A DNA stretch of 64,000 nucleotides from Octopus bimaculoides (lineage: Eukaryota), in NCBI RefSeq assembly GCF_001194135.2, contig NC_068982.1, forward strand, positions 121,814,064 through 121,878,063, read 5' to 3'. This document shows positions 49,000 to 61,669 of the stretch, one piece after another. The notes under the pieces are model-generated. The model was not told where the DNA came from, searched no databases, and saw only the letters and a list, made by a program, of their open reading frames with translations. A program made the position numbers and the translations under genes. Each line of letters begins with the position of its first letter. Position 1 is the first letter of the stretch.

Positions 49000-50510
49000 T
49001 TTAATACCACATTCTGGCTCATATCTTTTTTGACAGAGTTCGCTCTGTTGTATACATTCGGTCGGGGTTTACTGTTACCTTTCAGTTCATTGAACCCCTC
49101 TGCACTTCCCTAAATGTCAAAGACTAAAAGACATGCAATTCTCCCTCCTCTTTTGCAGCATCAATGGAGTCCAGTCTTACCTAGACCCCATACATCACTT
49201 CTTGTTGACACGGAAACAACATATCTTATTCTTCTCCGCAACAAATCTTTTGGGTTTTATCTACAGTGTATCTCTTTAGTCCTGGCTACACGCATTACTC
49301 AAACTTAACTCCGAAAGATGGTGTTTGTGCATGTATAGACGCCACTCAGCTCTCTCGTCCGGATTATCAGCAACAAAGAGTTCTTATTACTCTGTTTCAA
49401 AGTTTACCCACCTTCGCTCACGCACTCACTCCTCCAAATACATCAGTTTTATACACTCCAAATTATTCCGTCCACCAATATTTACCGTGCTTCTTACATC
49501 GATGACTTATATTTCAATTTTTTGAAGTCATCGTCATTGGTGATTTTAATATTCTCAATCCTTTATAGAGCTCTTATTCATCTCTTTCTGGTGCGGTAAT
49601 CTTCAACGCTCTACATCAACTACTTTCATCCTTTACACGCCTCTTTGACCGACACAGAAACATTCCTAGCACTCGATGTATTTTCACTTCTGTAGTATCT
49701 CACTTATCGGTTCGTTCGACCACTGACTTACTACGACTGCGCATCATACACCCACAGACCAAACAACGCCCTACTTGGTCAAAATTCCCCCAATTCTCTA
49801 CTATAAAGCTTCCACATATATCCTGTCCCCTTTGAATTTAAAACTACATTTTAGCCAAGTTGTAAATCTTCTCTAAAGCTATCCCATTCCACTACAGATC
49901 TCTTACATGCCTGGTGCAGAAATACTTCCAGTCACTTCAAAGCATTAAGGCTACCGGCCATGGCAATGTCTCTTCCATTACCCTCAAACAATACACACTC
50001 AGATCTGGCTCCCAACCTTACCAGTTTCTCTCTTTCTTTTTCTTTTCTTCACTCACTCACTCAGTGTTTATATTCCGATCTTTGGAAACACTACACTTTG
50101 TTTCATTCCCAGGAAGACTTAGCTCTCTAAATCACTAGCTACCAAGCTATCGCAGCAACCCTGCATTCTACCGCCCCCTGCCCTCTGACTCCACCCCAGC
50201 TACCAACAGCGCGTGTCCTCCACCTTCCACAAACTCGTCCCTTCCTCCTTCACCTTCACCACCAACCCCATTGTCCAAACACCTCGAACTTTACCATCCA
50301 CGTCATCTCCAAGATTCATAATCCCAACAGACCCATCTGCCCCAGCGTGCAGCACCCCAGCTGAATTCATTACCAAATTCTTGAACTCCTTTAATTGTTT
50401 ACCTCTCGTACTACATCCATGACACCAACCATGTTCTTCGAAGATTCGATTCTTTTTTTTTTCTTGTCCCTGCCAGCTTCCTATTCACCAAAGACATTAA
50501 ATCAAGCTAT
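49000..50510 (+). mobile_element. Penelope-like element N-terminal and RT region, decayed
   Basis: IKATGHGNV (ADKG-like), NPIVQTPRT...PACSTPAEFITKFLNS, SYIHDTNHVL and FLFTKDIKS (degenerate D.KSLY). Confidence 0.75.
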
Positions 50511-51732
50511 ATTTAGCAAAATAAAATAAAATATTTTGCAAGGCCAGCTATCATCAGCGGAAAAGCCAAGATTAACATATAAACACGAGGCACTAGATAG
50601 AAACATGACTTGTGCTTATATACTATAATTTTTCAAAATCTCCCGCGCATGTGCGGTTTTTCTTATCGGCAGCAAATACAAAAACAAAATGCCGATTTAC
50701 TTCCAGAAATTAGTCAAAAAACATTTTATCATTATTAATAAATCTGAGGGTAGCAAAAAAAAATTTAGAAATTCTATTTGCTACCAGTGGTCTAGCGAGA
50801 AGAAAAATTTAGTTAATAGACTATAAATTATTCATTTAAATACATCAGAGATGTCCATAATAGGACGTCTAATCCGCTAGAAGGAGCAGTCAAAACTCCA
50901 CACCACAATTAGGGATAATTTCGAAAGGGAATGAAAAATAAAAACATTTACTATCTATTTTAGATGTCCTATCATGTCCCTTGCTTGCCTCCTTTGTACC
51001 TTTCTCTTCTCTCTCTGTCTCCCTTTCTTTCTATTTTCTATCTTTCCGTCCCCCTCTTACTCTATTTTTTCTCCACTCTTACTCTATCTTTTCTTCACTC
51101 TTACCCTCTCTTTCCGCCCTTCCTTGTCTCCCTTGTACCATTCTTTTCTCTTTCTTTTACTCAGTTTCTCCACTCGCTCTGCACCTTCCTCCTCTCCCCT
51201 CTCTCTCTCCCTCTCTGTATACCATTCTTTCTCTTTCCCTATATATATATATATTTATATATANNNNNNNNNNCTACGTCCATTAGAACTTCATTTCACT
51301 CTGCGCTACCCCACTAAGTTCGTTTGATAGTTGCAAAGCTCTTTCTGTTGTATTTGTGGTATTTATATAAATTATTATCATATTTTTTCTTCTGTTGTAT
51401 AAGGCTTCGTGTTGTTATATATGCATAATTTTTCGTCTGTTGTATCTATATAATGTGTTGTTTGTTTTTGTCTCAGTATACATTCGCTAGCTTTTTCCCA
51501 GTAGCTTAATAACAGCACTGGCGCCTCCAGGATTGAATGGTCTCAATGATAATGGCGCGAAACCACAATGATATGTTGGTTCATTGACTGAGGAGGAAAT
51601 CTCAGCTACGAATATTCCCTGTATCGTGTCTTTGTCTATATTCCCCGTCCGTTAAGTTTTCGTCTAGATTCTCGTTTGCTCTGTTTTCGTCTAACTTTTT
51701 CTCTTTGTTGTGTTCTGTCTGTTCAACCCTTG

Positions 51733-51789
<57 letters not shown>

Positions 51790-51832
51790 GAATGCGATGG
51801 GTAAATTGTCACCATTTTATATTTTTTAATAT

Positions 51833-51844
51833 CGCGCATGCGCA
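51833..51844. promoter_or_regulatory. NRF1/Ewg-type palindrome CGCGCATGCGCA (candidate promoter element)
   Basis: Perfect GCGCATGCGC outside a microsatellite, with a near match at 50645-50654 and a GTGAGT donor at 51984. Confidence 0.3.
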
Positions 51845-51989
51845 TTGTTTGTTTTTGATTTTGTCGACTACACAGTATAGTAGTGGCAGTTGGACACTGT
51901 CTATGAGAAAAAAACAGTACCGTGACGCAATTCACTCAGCCAGAAATCCTAGTATATCCAGTGACTACATATAAAAGTTCTTTGTGAGT

Positions 51990-52860
51990 CTGTTTGGAGA
52001 GCTTTGATATCGGTGAAGTGGTTAACATGATAACATTGCAGAAGACAGAGAAATCAAGCTGATAGATTGACAGAGAAGAGAAAGGGCTAAACGATGAAAG
52101 TTTAACAGAAGACAGGCTAAATCAGAGAGAGAAGGTTAGATGACAGGATGACAGAGAAAGGACTAACTGTTGATTGGTTGACCAGAGACAGAGAAGGGAT
52201 TAAGATTGTAATAGATCTACAAGAGACAAAGAAAGTACTACACTACGATAGCTTAACAAAGGACAGAAACGACTAGATATTGAGAGTTTGACAAGGGACA
52301 GATAATAACAGGTAGACAGGGGACTGAGAGGGCTTAGTGACATGTTGGCAGGGTAAACAGAGAAGGCTAGATAGTAGACCAACAAGAGACAGAAAGGATA
52401 TAATGTCAGATTAATATGTGTGACATGTGACAGAGTTTATTGATAGACTGACAAAGGACACTGTGCAAGTTAGATGATGAAAAGCCAACAGGAGACATAA
52501 AGATGGGTAGATGATGATAAGTTGACAGGGGACAGAAAGACGGCTGATGACAAGTAGGCAGAGGATATACAGGACTAGATTACTGGTTGACAGGGTGCAA
52601 CCTAGAGTACTTAACAAGTTGACATAGTACACAGAGAGGGTTAAATGATGATGGGTTCATGGGGAACAAATGACCAGATGATGACAGGTTGATAAGGGAC
52701 AGGGAGGGCTGTGTGATAGGAATATACAGAGAAAGGAGAGAGAAAGCAAAAGAGAGAGAGATTACGGATTGACAGGGGATAAAGAGGACTAGATGAAAGC
52801 TTGACATAAATAGAAAGAAGAAAGGAAGCATCTAGTTGACAAAGAGGCTGAATACTGAGA
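51990..52860. repeat. Degenerate purine-rich minisatellite (gacagagaagggctagatgattgaca-like)
   Basis: Recurrent ttgaca / gacagagaagg motifs at roughly 30-bp spacing. Confidence 0.7.
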
Positions 52861-54399
52861 TCATGTGGTAAGATATGAGTAGTTAGCAGTGGTCATTTTT
52901 AACCCCAGGTTAGTTCTGATCCAAAAGACCTATAACCACACATGTGGCCATCCCATTTTATTTAGACACATTGCATATAGGAGTACATTACATAAGTATC
53001 ATTGCTTTTTGAAGATAATAGGATGTGATATGAAATTTTGGCTGCAGTTTCCAAGACAGACTGATTGATTGCAAAGATGATCCCACATTAGTTCAAGGTA
53101 AAAATTGTCATGTAACAAGAGATCAAATGGTTAGCTAATGTGTAAAAGGTTGTCATTATCCTTTTACAACATTACCTAGGAGCTGAGTGGATAAAGTTGT
53201 CATCTAACAAGATCAAGTTACCAGTGATGAGAAATATGACAGAAGTATAGCCAGATGACTGAATAGCAATATCAGAGTGGTACATTCAAATCCTGTTAAC
53301 AGTTGGTTTTGCCCTTCATTTTTCAGGTTCCAGAATTCTGTAAAATAAATATACTAGGTTATATAACTGATATTATACAGTGTAATGAAATCACCACAAA
53401 ACAAGGTTATAGCTTCCTTCTTTGAAGACTAAATGAAATGTAATGGACTTAGAAATTGAAATTTCAGGAGCAAAATATGAAGTTTTCTATCAAGAGAGAG
53501 AATGCTGTATGGTAAAAAATTGTTTAATAGTGAGAAAATGATTTTCAATATTGTTGCTAAACTACACATTATATTGGAGTGACATGTAGCTGATAAAATT
53601 CCAGTACATAACCAGAAGGATAAAATGTAAAATCAATCTCAATAAGATTTGAAATTTGATAATAATCCTTTCTACTGTTGGCAAAAGACCTAAAATTTCA
53701 GGGGAGGGCTTAAGTCAATTACATCGACCCTAGTGCTCAACTGGTACTTATTTTATTGACCCCAAAAGGATGAAAGGCAAAGTCAACCCCAACAGAATTT
53801 GAACTCAGAACAGAAAGACGGACGAAATGCCACTAAGTATTTTGCCCGGTGTGCTAATGATTCTTCCAGCAAAGTCAATTCACAACTAACACAGTACAAT
53901 ACTATTGCTACTACTACTACTACTACTGCTACTGCTGCTGTTGCTGCTAGCATTACTGCCACTTCTCCAAGTAGAATTGTCTCAGAGACCCTATTTACCT
54001 TACATTTCACAAAAGCAAAGACATTTGTGCTATAAAAAATGTTAGCGGTTAGTTTTCTATGGTTCTAATCTTTGTTTTTGTTTATTTTTTATATGACATT
54101 TTTGATTTCTCTTGAGTATTGTAGATCGTAATAAAGGTCTGGTTCATTCATTGCAGACTCCTGGAACATGGTTTGAATTGGCCCATTCTATTATTTTTGG
54201 TCACATTGGAGAGAAAGGAAAGAACACACACAAATTAAGTATCACAACTGATGAAGGTGGACTTCCAAGTTTTATCTATCAATACGATGAGTAGGTATAG
54301 CATTCTGAAAGTGAGACAGGTAGTATTACTTTGGCTACAGACATAGTTATGGTAGAGAAATATTTTAGTATGGCTGCAACACTAGACAACAGAGTATTA

Positions 54400-54860
54400 C
54401 TTCACACAACATTACATGAGCTGTCTTAATCACCACACTTCGCTAATTGTCCTTTTATCTTACCAATTGTCCTTTGTATCTTACCATTTGTAATATTACA
54501 TTACATTACACCACACCAGCTGCCCTATTAAACTACATCAGCTGTTCTATTAAACCATGCCAGTTATTCTATCAAACCTCACCATACCAATTGTCCTATT
54601 ACAACACTGCAACTGTCCTATTACAGCACACTAGTTGTCCTATTACTCTACACAGTCACACATCTGTTGTCTTATTATGCCACATCAGACCAGCTCTCTC
54701 ATAATAGCAATGCACAAGTCTCTCTACACCATACCAACTGCCCTATTACAACACATCAGCTGTCTTATTACAGCACACCACAATATTTGTCCTCTTATAC
54801 TATGCTACATTTTATACATCCAGTTATCTTTCAGATTCACATTACATATCTAGTCAATAA
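54400..54860. repeat. Degenerate minisatellite of about 22 bp (cagctgtcctattacaacacac-like)
   Basis: Recurrent (c/t)tgtcctatta motifs. Confidence 0.75.
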
Positions 54861-55415
54861 TACACAACACCAAAGTAAATAATTTGTGTTGATTAACAGA
54901 AATACAAGATAAATGGATTAGAAGTCAATGTAATCACATTCTCTTCCTCTTTACCTATCTCCGCATTAGATTATTACATTTGAATAGAATAATGACTGTT
55001 TACGAGCACCTAAAATCTCATTTCTCCAAGAGATATGTTCGATGAAAAGTTTTGAACATTAGATCTATTAGTTATTGTTAATCTTGTATCTTAACAGTAT
55101 TCCTTTTCTAAATCTATGTTATTTTTGCTACTTTCAGCAACAAGTGAAACATTTCAGGTGCATCTATTGGATGTATATGACCTCACTGTTGTAATTATCG
55201 CAATGGATATTCTGTGACTAAGAGACCTTGGAATACAAGTAAGAGATCAGATATTATGTTGAATGAAACTAATATTTTGTCCAAAGATTACTAGGCCAAT
55301 GTGAGTGAAGAGTGAAATTGTCATTTAAAGCTTATATTCTTGTAATTCAACCCACATCTCGATATTTGACTTAATTTTTCATATACAAGTTGTGCCAAGT
55401 ATTTCTTTAAAAAAT

Positions 55416-57645
55416 CACCGTGTTGATTGTCTAGTTATAGGTTATTCTGAACCATTTTTTAGTGCTGATCTCAAATATGTTTTTAGTTTTTGCCTATCAA
55501 ATACAGATTTTGTACAAATGGCTGCCAAAGATATGATGATTTTTTTTGTTATTCATTCCCTTTTGTGCCAGACTTTTAGATAAAAGTATGATGAAATTAA
55601 GAACAAATGACTAGAACAATAATAAAAAAGATATAAATAGTATATAAATAGTATATTTCAAACTTCCTTTATTTTCATTTCCTTCCAGCTTTTGGTAGTT
55701 GCTTGCAGTCTCTCTTTCAGATCCAGCAGTAATCCGCCATCATGTTTACATTCCATCCCTCATTCCCTGGTACCTCCTCTCTACTTCTTTAATGTCCTGG
55801 GGAAATCTCTCACCGTGCTCTTCACTTAGATTGCCAAGGTACTTCAGGAAATAGTTATAGTATGAGTGAAGAAAGTGCATTTTAACATTCATGTTACACC
55901 CAAGCCTTTTGAAGCTTTGCAACATGGTATCAACTATGACTTTGCAATTTGAACACTTATTGTTTCTCAAAAAGTTCTTGAAAACACACTTGAAGCTTAC
56001 CCATGCCTGCCGTTTAGATTCATTCATGGAGTTCTCATAATCTGGACCAACAATTATTCCTGTTTTAATTTTCTCACTGGTTATATTTGGGAATTTTTTT
56101 TGAGAGATATTGCAAACATGGTCCATCTGCAGGTAAAGATTCCACAACCCAGTTTGATGTGCAAAGGTTATATAAGTACTTTTGTAGGTTCAATCAAGGG
56201 CTCGTGCAGATGTTTTTGGATCCCGGTAACAAACTTCTCCTTTGTGACCAGTTTTTAACCATCCAGTGCTTTTCTTTAGCTCTACTGTCCCATTCACATA
56301 AGAAGCATGGCATTTTTGCATAGCCTGCCTGCTGTCCTAAAAGCATGCCTATAATTTTGAAATCTCCACATACTTGCCAATGGTATTCTGCATACTTCAT
56401 ATTTAATAAAAGTTTTTTTTTACATTTTCATACATCTCCTTTAGTTGTACAGAATGTGCCACTGGAATGGATGAATACTTATTTCCATCATGTAGCAAGA
56501 CAGCCTTCAAACTCCTTTTGGAAGAATCAATGAATAGCCTCCATTCTGAGGGATTGCTTTTGATCTTAAAATAGTTTAGCGGGTTTGGAATATTATAGTA
56601 AAACACCACTGATTCATCCTCAGCAAAGAATGGTAACAACTTATGTTACCTGTAACAATACCAAGAAAAGAAGGTTCCTGGTAACAAAAACGTTTTCATT
56701 TTTAGCCTAGAACCAAGAAGTTCCACTGCATCCTTTGGTTGGTTCAAGTCTCTCGCCAAAGCATTGAGCTCTTCCTGTGTAAATAACTGTGGGCTTTCAG
56801 TTTTGTCAGGAGTGTAGTCATCATCTTCTTCACTTTTGTCTTCTTCATCACTATCTGATGTAACACTTTTCAAAGCAAGTGGAGGACGAGTAACTGGAAT
56901 GTCAACTCCATTTGCAATAGGCCATATAACCAAGGGAATACTATGATATACTACATGATGTTTATTTTTTGCACTATACCCATCAACTTTAGTATTGCAG
57001 AAATAACAATTGTCAGCATGGTTACTCAGCTCTCACCACACCATTAGTATTCCAAAGGGCATTTCTTTTTTCTTACTAACTTTCCAGAGTCCCTTCCCTT
57101 CCACACAAATGTGGCATACTTTGTGTGGAGCCTAAGGTTCGTCTTTATCACTGAGTTTAACATCAAAATAAGCAAAGTATAAATTTTTACAAGAACAGCT
57201 ATATTTTGTCTCTGCTTAATGACAACATATATGCCTCAAATGTAGCAGAATATATCTGGATTGTTCATGCACTTACGTTTATATGGAGTTTATAAATAAG
57301 TATCACCAATGACTGACCTCTGGAACTACTAAAACAACACTAAAGTATCAGTTAGAAATCATGTACACAGCTTTTCAAGGCTATATCGTCTGTCAGAGTT
57401 GCCAGCAACTGTTTAATAAACTTTACATTGGCTACTATTTTACTTTTACTAATATTAGGTGAGCATTGGTTTATAGCAAAATATATCAGATAATCACTCA
57501 TCTGATTCTCTGATACTGTAATACAGAAAAAAACAAAGCTTTAATACAGAAAAACTAGACATAATGGAGAAACACTAATAACAGATCTGAAATCAGCCTT
57601 AAAAAGTTATGTGGACATTTAAACATCAAGAATCATGCAGACTTG
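55416..57645 (-). mobile_element. Chapaev (CMC superfamily, Chapaev3-like) DNA transposon with disrupted transposase at about 55745-57280
   Basis: N-terminal CMNNPDIFCYI...APHKVCHIC (Chapa domain), WRLFIDSSKRSLKAVLLH, CGDFKIIGMLLGQQAGYAKMPCFLCEWDSR and HFLHS...SEEHGERF.QDI..VERRYQG. Left end starts CAC; the right TIR is degenerate. Confidence 0.9.
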
Positions 57646-58084
57646 TGAGATGTAAGGCAAAAGAGTTATGCACAAATAAAAGAAACAGAATAGTAGAATA
57701 AAGATGACAATGAAAGATAGTAAATATTATTTATGGACAAAATTAACTTATGTAATAAGAAAGTGAAGCAACAAAAGTTATATTGCTGAAACCATCCAAC
57801 GACTAAACAAAAACATGGTTTGTAACAACTGAAATGAAAAATTACTCTTTGCTGCTATCTAGGCAAGTGGTGTGAACAGAGAGAGAGAGTGGAATCCACA
57901 TGTTGAGACACAATATTTCAGAGTAAACACAGAGTGAAGCCTACATAATGGATATGGAATATGGATAATGGAGACAGGCAGGATGAGCAGTTTGTGCTTT
58001 AGAAATAAGTTATATGTGGACACTAATTGAATCAGAATCTATAGATAAGAGAACAGAGAGAAAAGAATTGCCCAACAAGGTTAA

Positions 58085-58307
58085 TACTCATTTACTCATT
58101 CACTTGTTTCAGTCATTTGACTGCGGCCATGCTGGAGCACCGCCTTTAGTCGAGCAAATCGACCCCAGGAATTATTCTTTGTAAGCCTAGTACTTATTCT
58201 ATTGGTCTCTTTTGATGAACCGCTAAGTTACAGGGACGTAAACACACCAGCATCGGTTGTCAAGTGACGTTGGGGGAACAAACACAGACACACAAACACA
58301 CGCATAT

Positions 58308-58340
<33 letters not shown>

Positions 58341-58497
58341 CGATGGGCTTCTTTCAGTTTCCGTCTACCAAATTCACTCACAAGGCTTTGGTCGGCCCGA
58401 GGCTATAGTAGAAGACACTTGCCCAAGGTGCCATGCAGTGGGACTGAACCCGGAACCATGTGGTTGGTAAGCAAGCTACTTACCACACAACCAAGAC
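58085..58497 (-). mobile_element. Full-length tRNA-derived SINE (about 410 bp)
   Basis: Minus-strand head TGGTTGTGTGGTAAG...GGTTCAGTCCC (A and B boxes), central (TA)n, conserved body. Confidence 0.88.
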
Positions 58498-60429
58498 ATG
58501 TAGGAGGTATCAATACACTGAAAGATTATAACAATATAACTCTGTGCTGCAGAGATAGGAAGCAAAAATGTTCAAAACAGTTACCATAAACCAGATACTA
58601 AAATTACTCAAGTTTGCATGACCAGTCCTAAAATTTTTTTGCCTACTTGCTCTGTCATGACTAAATGACTTGCATGAAGTTAACAGGCAGTTTTCTCTTT
58701 AGGTTTCAAAAGAAATCTGATACAAGTGACTGACTTCCAGTTCTCTAGGAAGGGATTGAAATCAACTTTAAAAAATTAAGTCATACTAATCTGGACAAAC
58801 CAAGTCACAGATTCACAGCTTCAGATTTTTTGTTAGCCAATCATGATAGATATGCTTGATGTAATTTCTTTATTATCAAATGCACTTTATGCAAAAATTT
58901 TAATTTATCAAGAGTTGAAAATTTAATAAAAATATCAATCAAGGCTTTAAAAATTCAAGAAGAGTGAAGAAGTACACGTGAACAGATCAAATCATTTCTG
59001 TGGATGCATTTCAACAGGTTGTGATTGTTGGAAATAAGAAACATATGAGCTTTTCTTACCAAAGATTACACTTAAACAGTGTTAACACAATTTTTGTCCT
59101 TGAGTAGCAACTGTCATTTCCTATTTGCTTACCCCTAGAAAGCATGAAAAATACCTAACATTTCCTTCAAACTTTGCTTTAGTTACATTTATTCAAACCC
59201 CAAAGAATCTCTCTCAATACATGGTTATGATGCTCCCCCACTACTTCTGCTCATGATCAGAGATGTACATATTGTCAGCCACTAAGGGACATACTCAAGT
59301 GGTTAAGGTCAAGCAATAATGCCCAAGAAACTAACACAATTCAGGAATTGGTAAATATTGTTAATATCAGATTGTTGAAATATTGAAGTTGTTGTTTCTT
59401 GGAAAGTAGCCTAAGGAAAATTAGATGAATACTGTAAACAATTTCATCCAAAGATCTGTGTCTGTGACTTCTAAGATTATGTTAAAAATTTGCACAGAAT
59501 TATCATAAGATCCTAAAAATAGTACAAAAATTATAATTTGTGCCATCAGTCTAGGTTCTGCAGAGGCAAAAAGATTTAGATGGTGAACATTATATATTCT
59601 AATCAAAGGAATTGCTTTGAAGTAAGAACAATATGGTAAATCTTATGTAGTTAAGTTGATCAGCTTTCAATTGAATTAGTATTGATTTATGCAGTTAAAA
59701 TATGGTTTAGGAAAAATCCCACAACTAACAACAAAAGAGGAAAACATGAAACTTATGAAAAACTATTTTGAAAATCAAGTTTCAATATAAAAATATTTGA
59801 AGTATGATCATAAATAGAAGTATTTTATTATATAAGAAAAAAAAACATTGTTACTTGTTTATTGCTTGTTAGTTTTTATTTTGTTATTGACAAAAAACTT
59901 AGGGATGTAAAAAGAGAAAGAAAAAATTTTATAGACAGAAATATTTGCAAAAGACAAAAGAACAGGTTCTAGAATAATTTGAGTACTCCTACTTCCTTGT
60001 TGGGAACCTGAATCAAATACTTGCAACAAAGCAGATACCATTAAATATATACATAGTGCATTTAGGTCAATATGTAGTTTGCTAGCATTTGATATATTGA
60101 TGAGTCAATATATAGCTATGACAGTGTAGAGTAATGATGGCACATAGCTGGCTACCAAATGTAGAATGAGGTATATGATTACCACACTAGCATAGCTAGA
60201 GTATGTGCCACCTGGGACAGCCCTTCCATTTGCCACCCCCAGACCCCACAAAAAACACATATTGCCTACAACAGACCCAAATGTGCTGCCTGGAGTGGTT
60301 CATCCCTACTGCCCTAGCTACACTAGTGGGTTACCATATGGTTTAGTCGTTAGTATGTGTAGCTGGCTATCATACGGGAAAGAACATGACATAGCTGGCT
60401 ACAATATGATTTCTTGAGATAAATCTATC

Positions 60430-61490
60430 AAACAGCCATCAACACCAACCAACCATTCAGTCAACAAACATCATGAACAAAACAATAATTAATTTATCAA
60501 TCATTTTGAATGAAACATCCACATTTCCACTAACAAACAACTATCCATCAAACAAGACAGCAATCTAACCATTAAGCATCACCTACAGACAACCATCTAT
60601 CAAGCAAGGCAACCATCCATTCTTCAGCTACTGGCAAGAAACCAAACATTTATCTATCAAGCAGGCAATAAACACCTGCATTCAACCAACAATCAATAAC
60701 CACTGATCAGCTGCCAAATGCTAACAACCATGAGTAACCAATTAATAATTTCCGATCACAAGCCAATAACCTCCGATCATTATTAACTAACATCCAACAA
60801 TCACAACCTGATATCAGATATCCAACAACCAACCAACACCACCAATCATAAAAGGCAAATCACCAACCAAAAATTAAGCACCAACCACCATCTACTAATC
60901 ATCAACCAAAACTACCACTAGCCTTCACTACTCACAATCACCAATCAATAACAACCAAACAATAACCATCAGTCAATAATCACCAACAGACAACTACCAA
61001 CCACTTACCATGAACTACCAGCCACCAACTTTCATCCACCAGTAACTAGTAACTAACAGTCCTCAACCACTAATCTCATACCACCGGCCACCAACTACCA
61101 AATGATATTCACAAACCACCAACCAATAAACACTAAAATTAAGCATCAGTCACCAACTATCATTCAATGACTACCAGCCAATAACCACCAATCATCATTC
61201 AATAGCTATCAATACCACCCACCACCCAACAGCCAGTAATCACTAGCATTAACCACCAAGAAATTACCATTATTCCCTAATAATACTAACCACCAAGCAA
61301 GAGTTATCACACACTATCCTAAATCTACCAAACATTGATCATCAACTAACAACACCCAACTACAAGCCATTAACCACCAACTACTAACTAATTACCACTA
61401 AGCACCAACACCATATAAACTACCAACAACCAATTAATAACAACCAACCATTAAGCAGTAACCCTTAATCAACACCCAATAAATGTTTTT
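60430..61490. repeat. About 1 kb of strongly C/A-skewed degenerate repeat (AACC/ACCA-derived)
   Basis: Very low G on the + strand, with recurrent accaac / accacc / aatcac. Confidence 0.85.
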
Positions 61491-61669
61491 TTATGAGCCA
61501 ATTTGACCATACTCATTTCTTCCCTGCCATCTTTGGTTACATAAAGTACTATTGTTTAGAAATAGGAAAATATGCTTGGTTAGCATCTCTTGTACAATCC
61601 AGCCAGCTTATTTTCCCAAACTTTCATGCTGTCTTGCTTAAAACACCTACCTTGGTCCTCAACTATTAA

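Noticed and set aside
51602-51730. Minus-strand charged peptide ([23 protein letters not shown]...)
   Set aside because: Low-complexity purine-rich sequence beside a (TG)n tract, with no start, splice context or homology that I can recognise.
59060-59135. Minus-strand exon-like segment (GKQIGNDSCYSRTKIVLTLFKCNL) with AG and GT borders
   Set aside because: Unrecognisable peptide and no partner exons; such borders occur by chance at this AT content.
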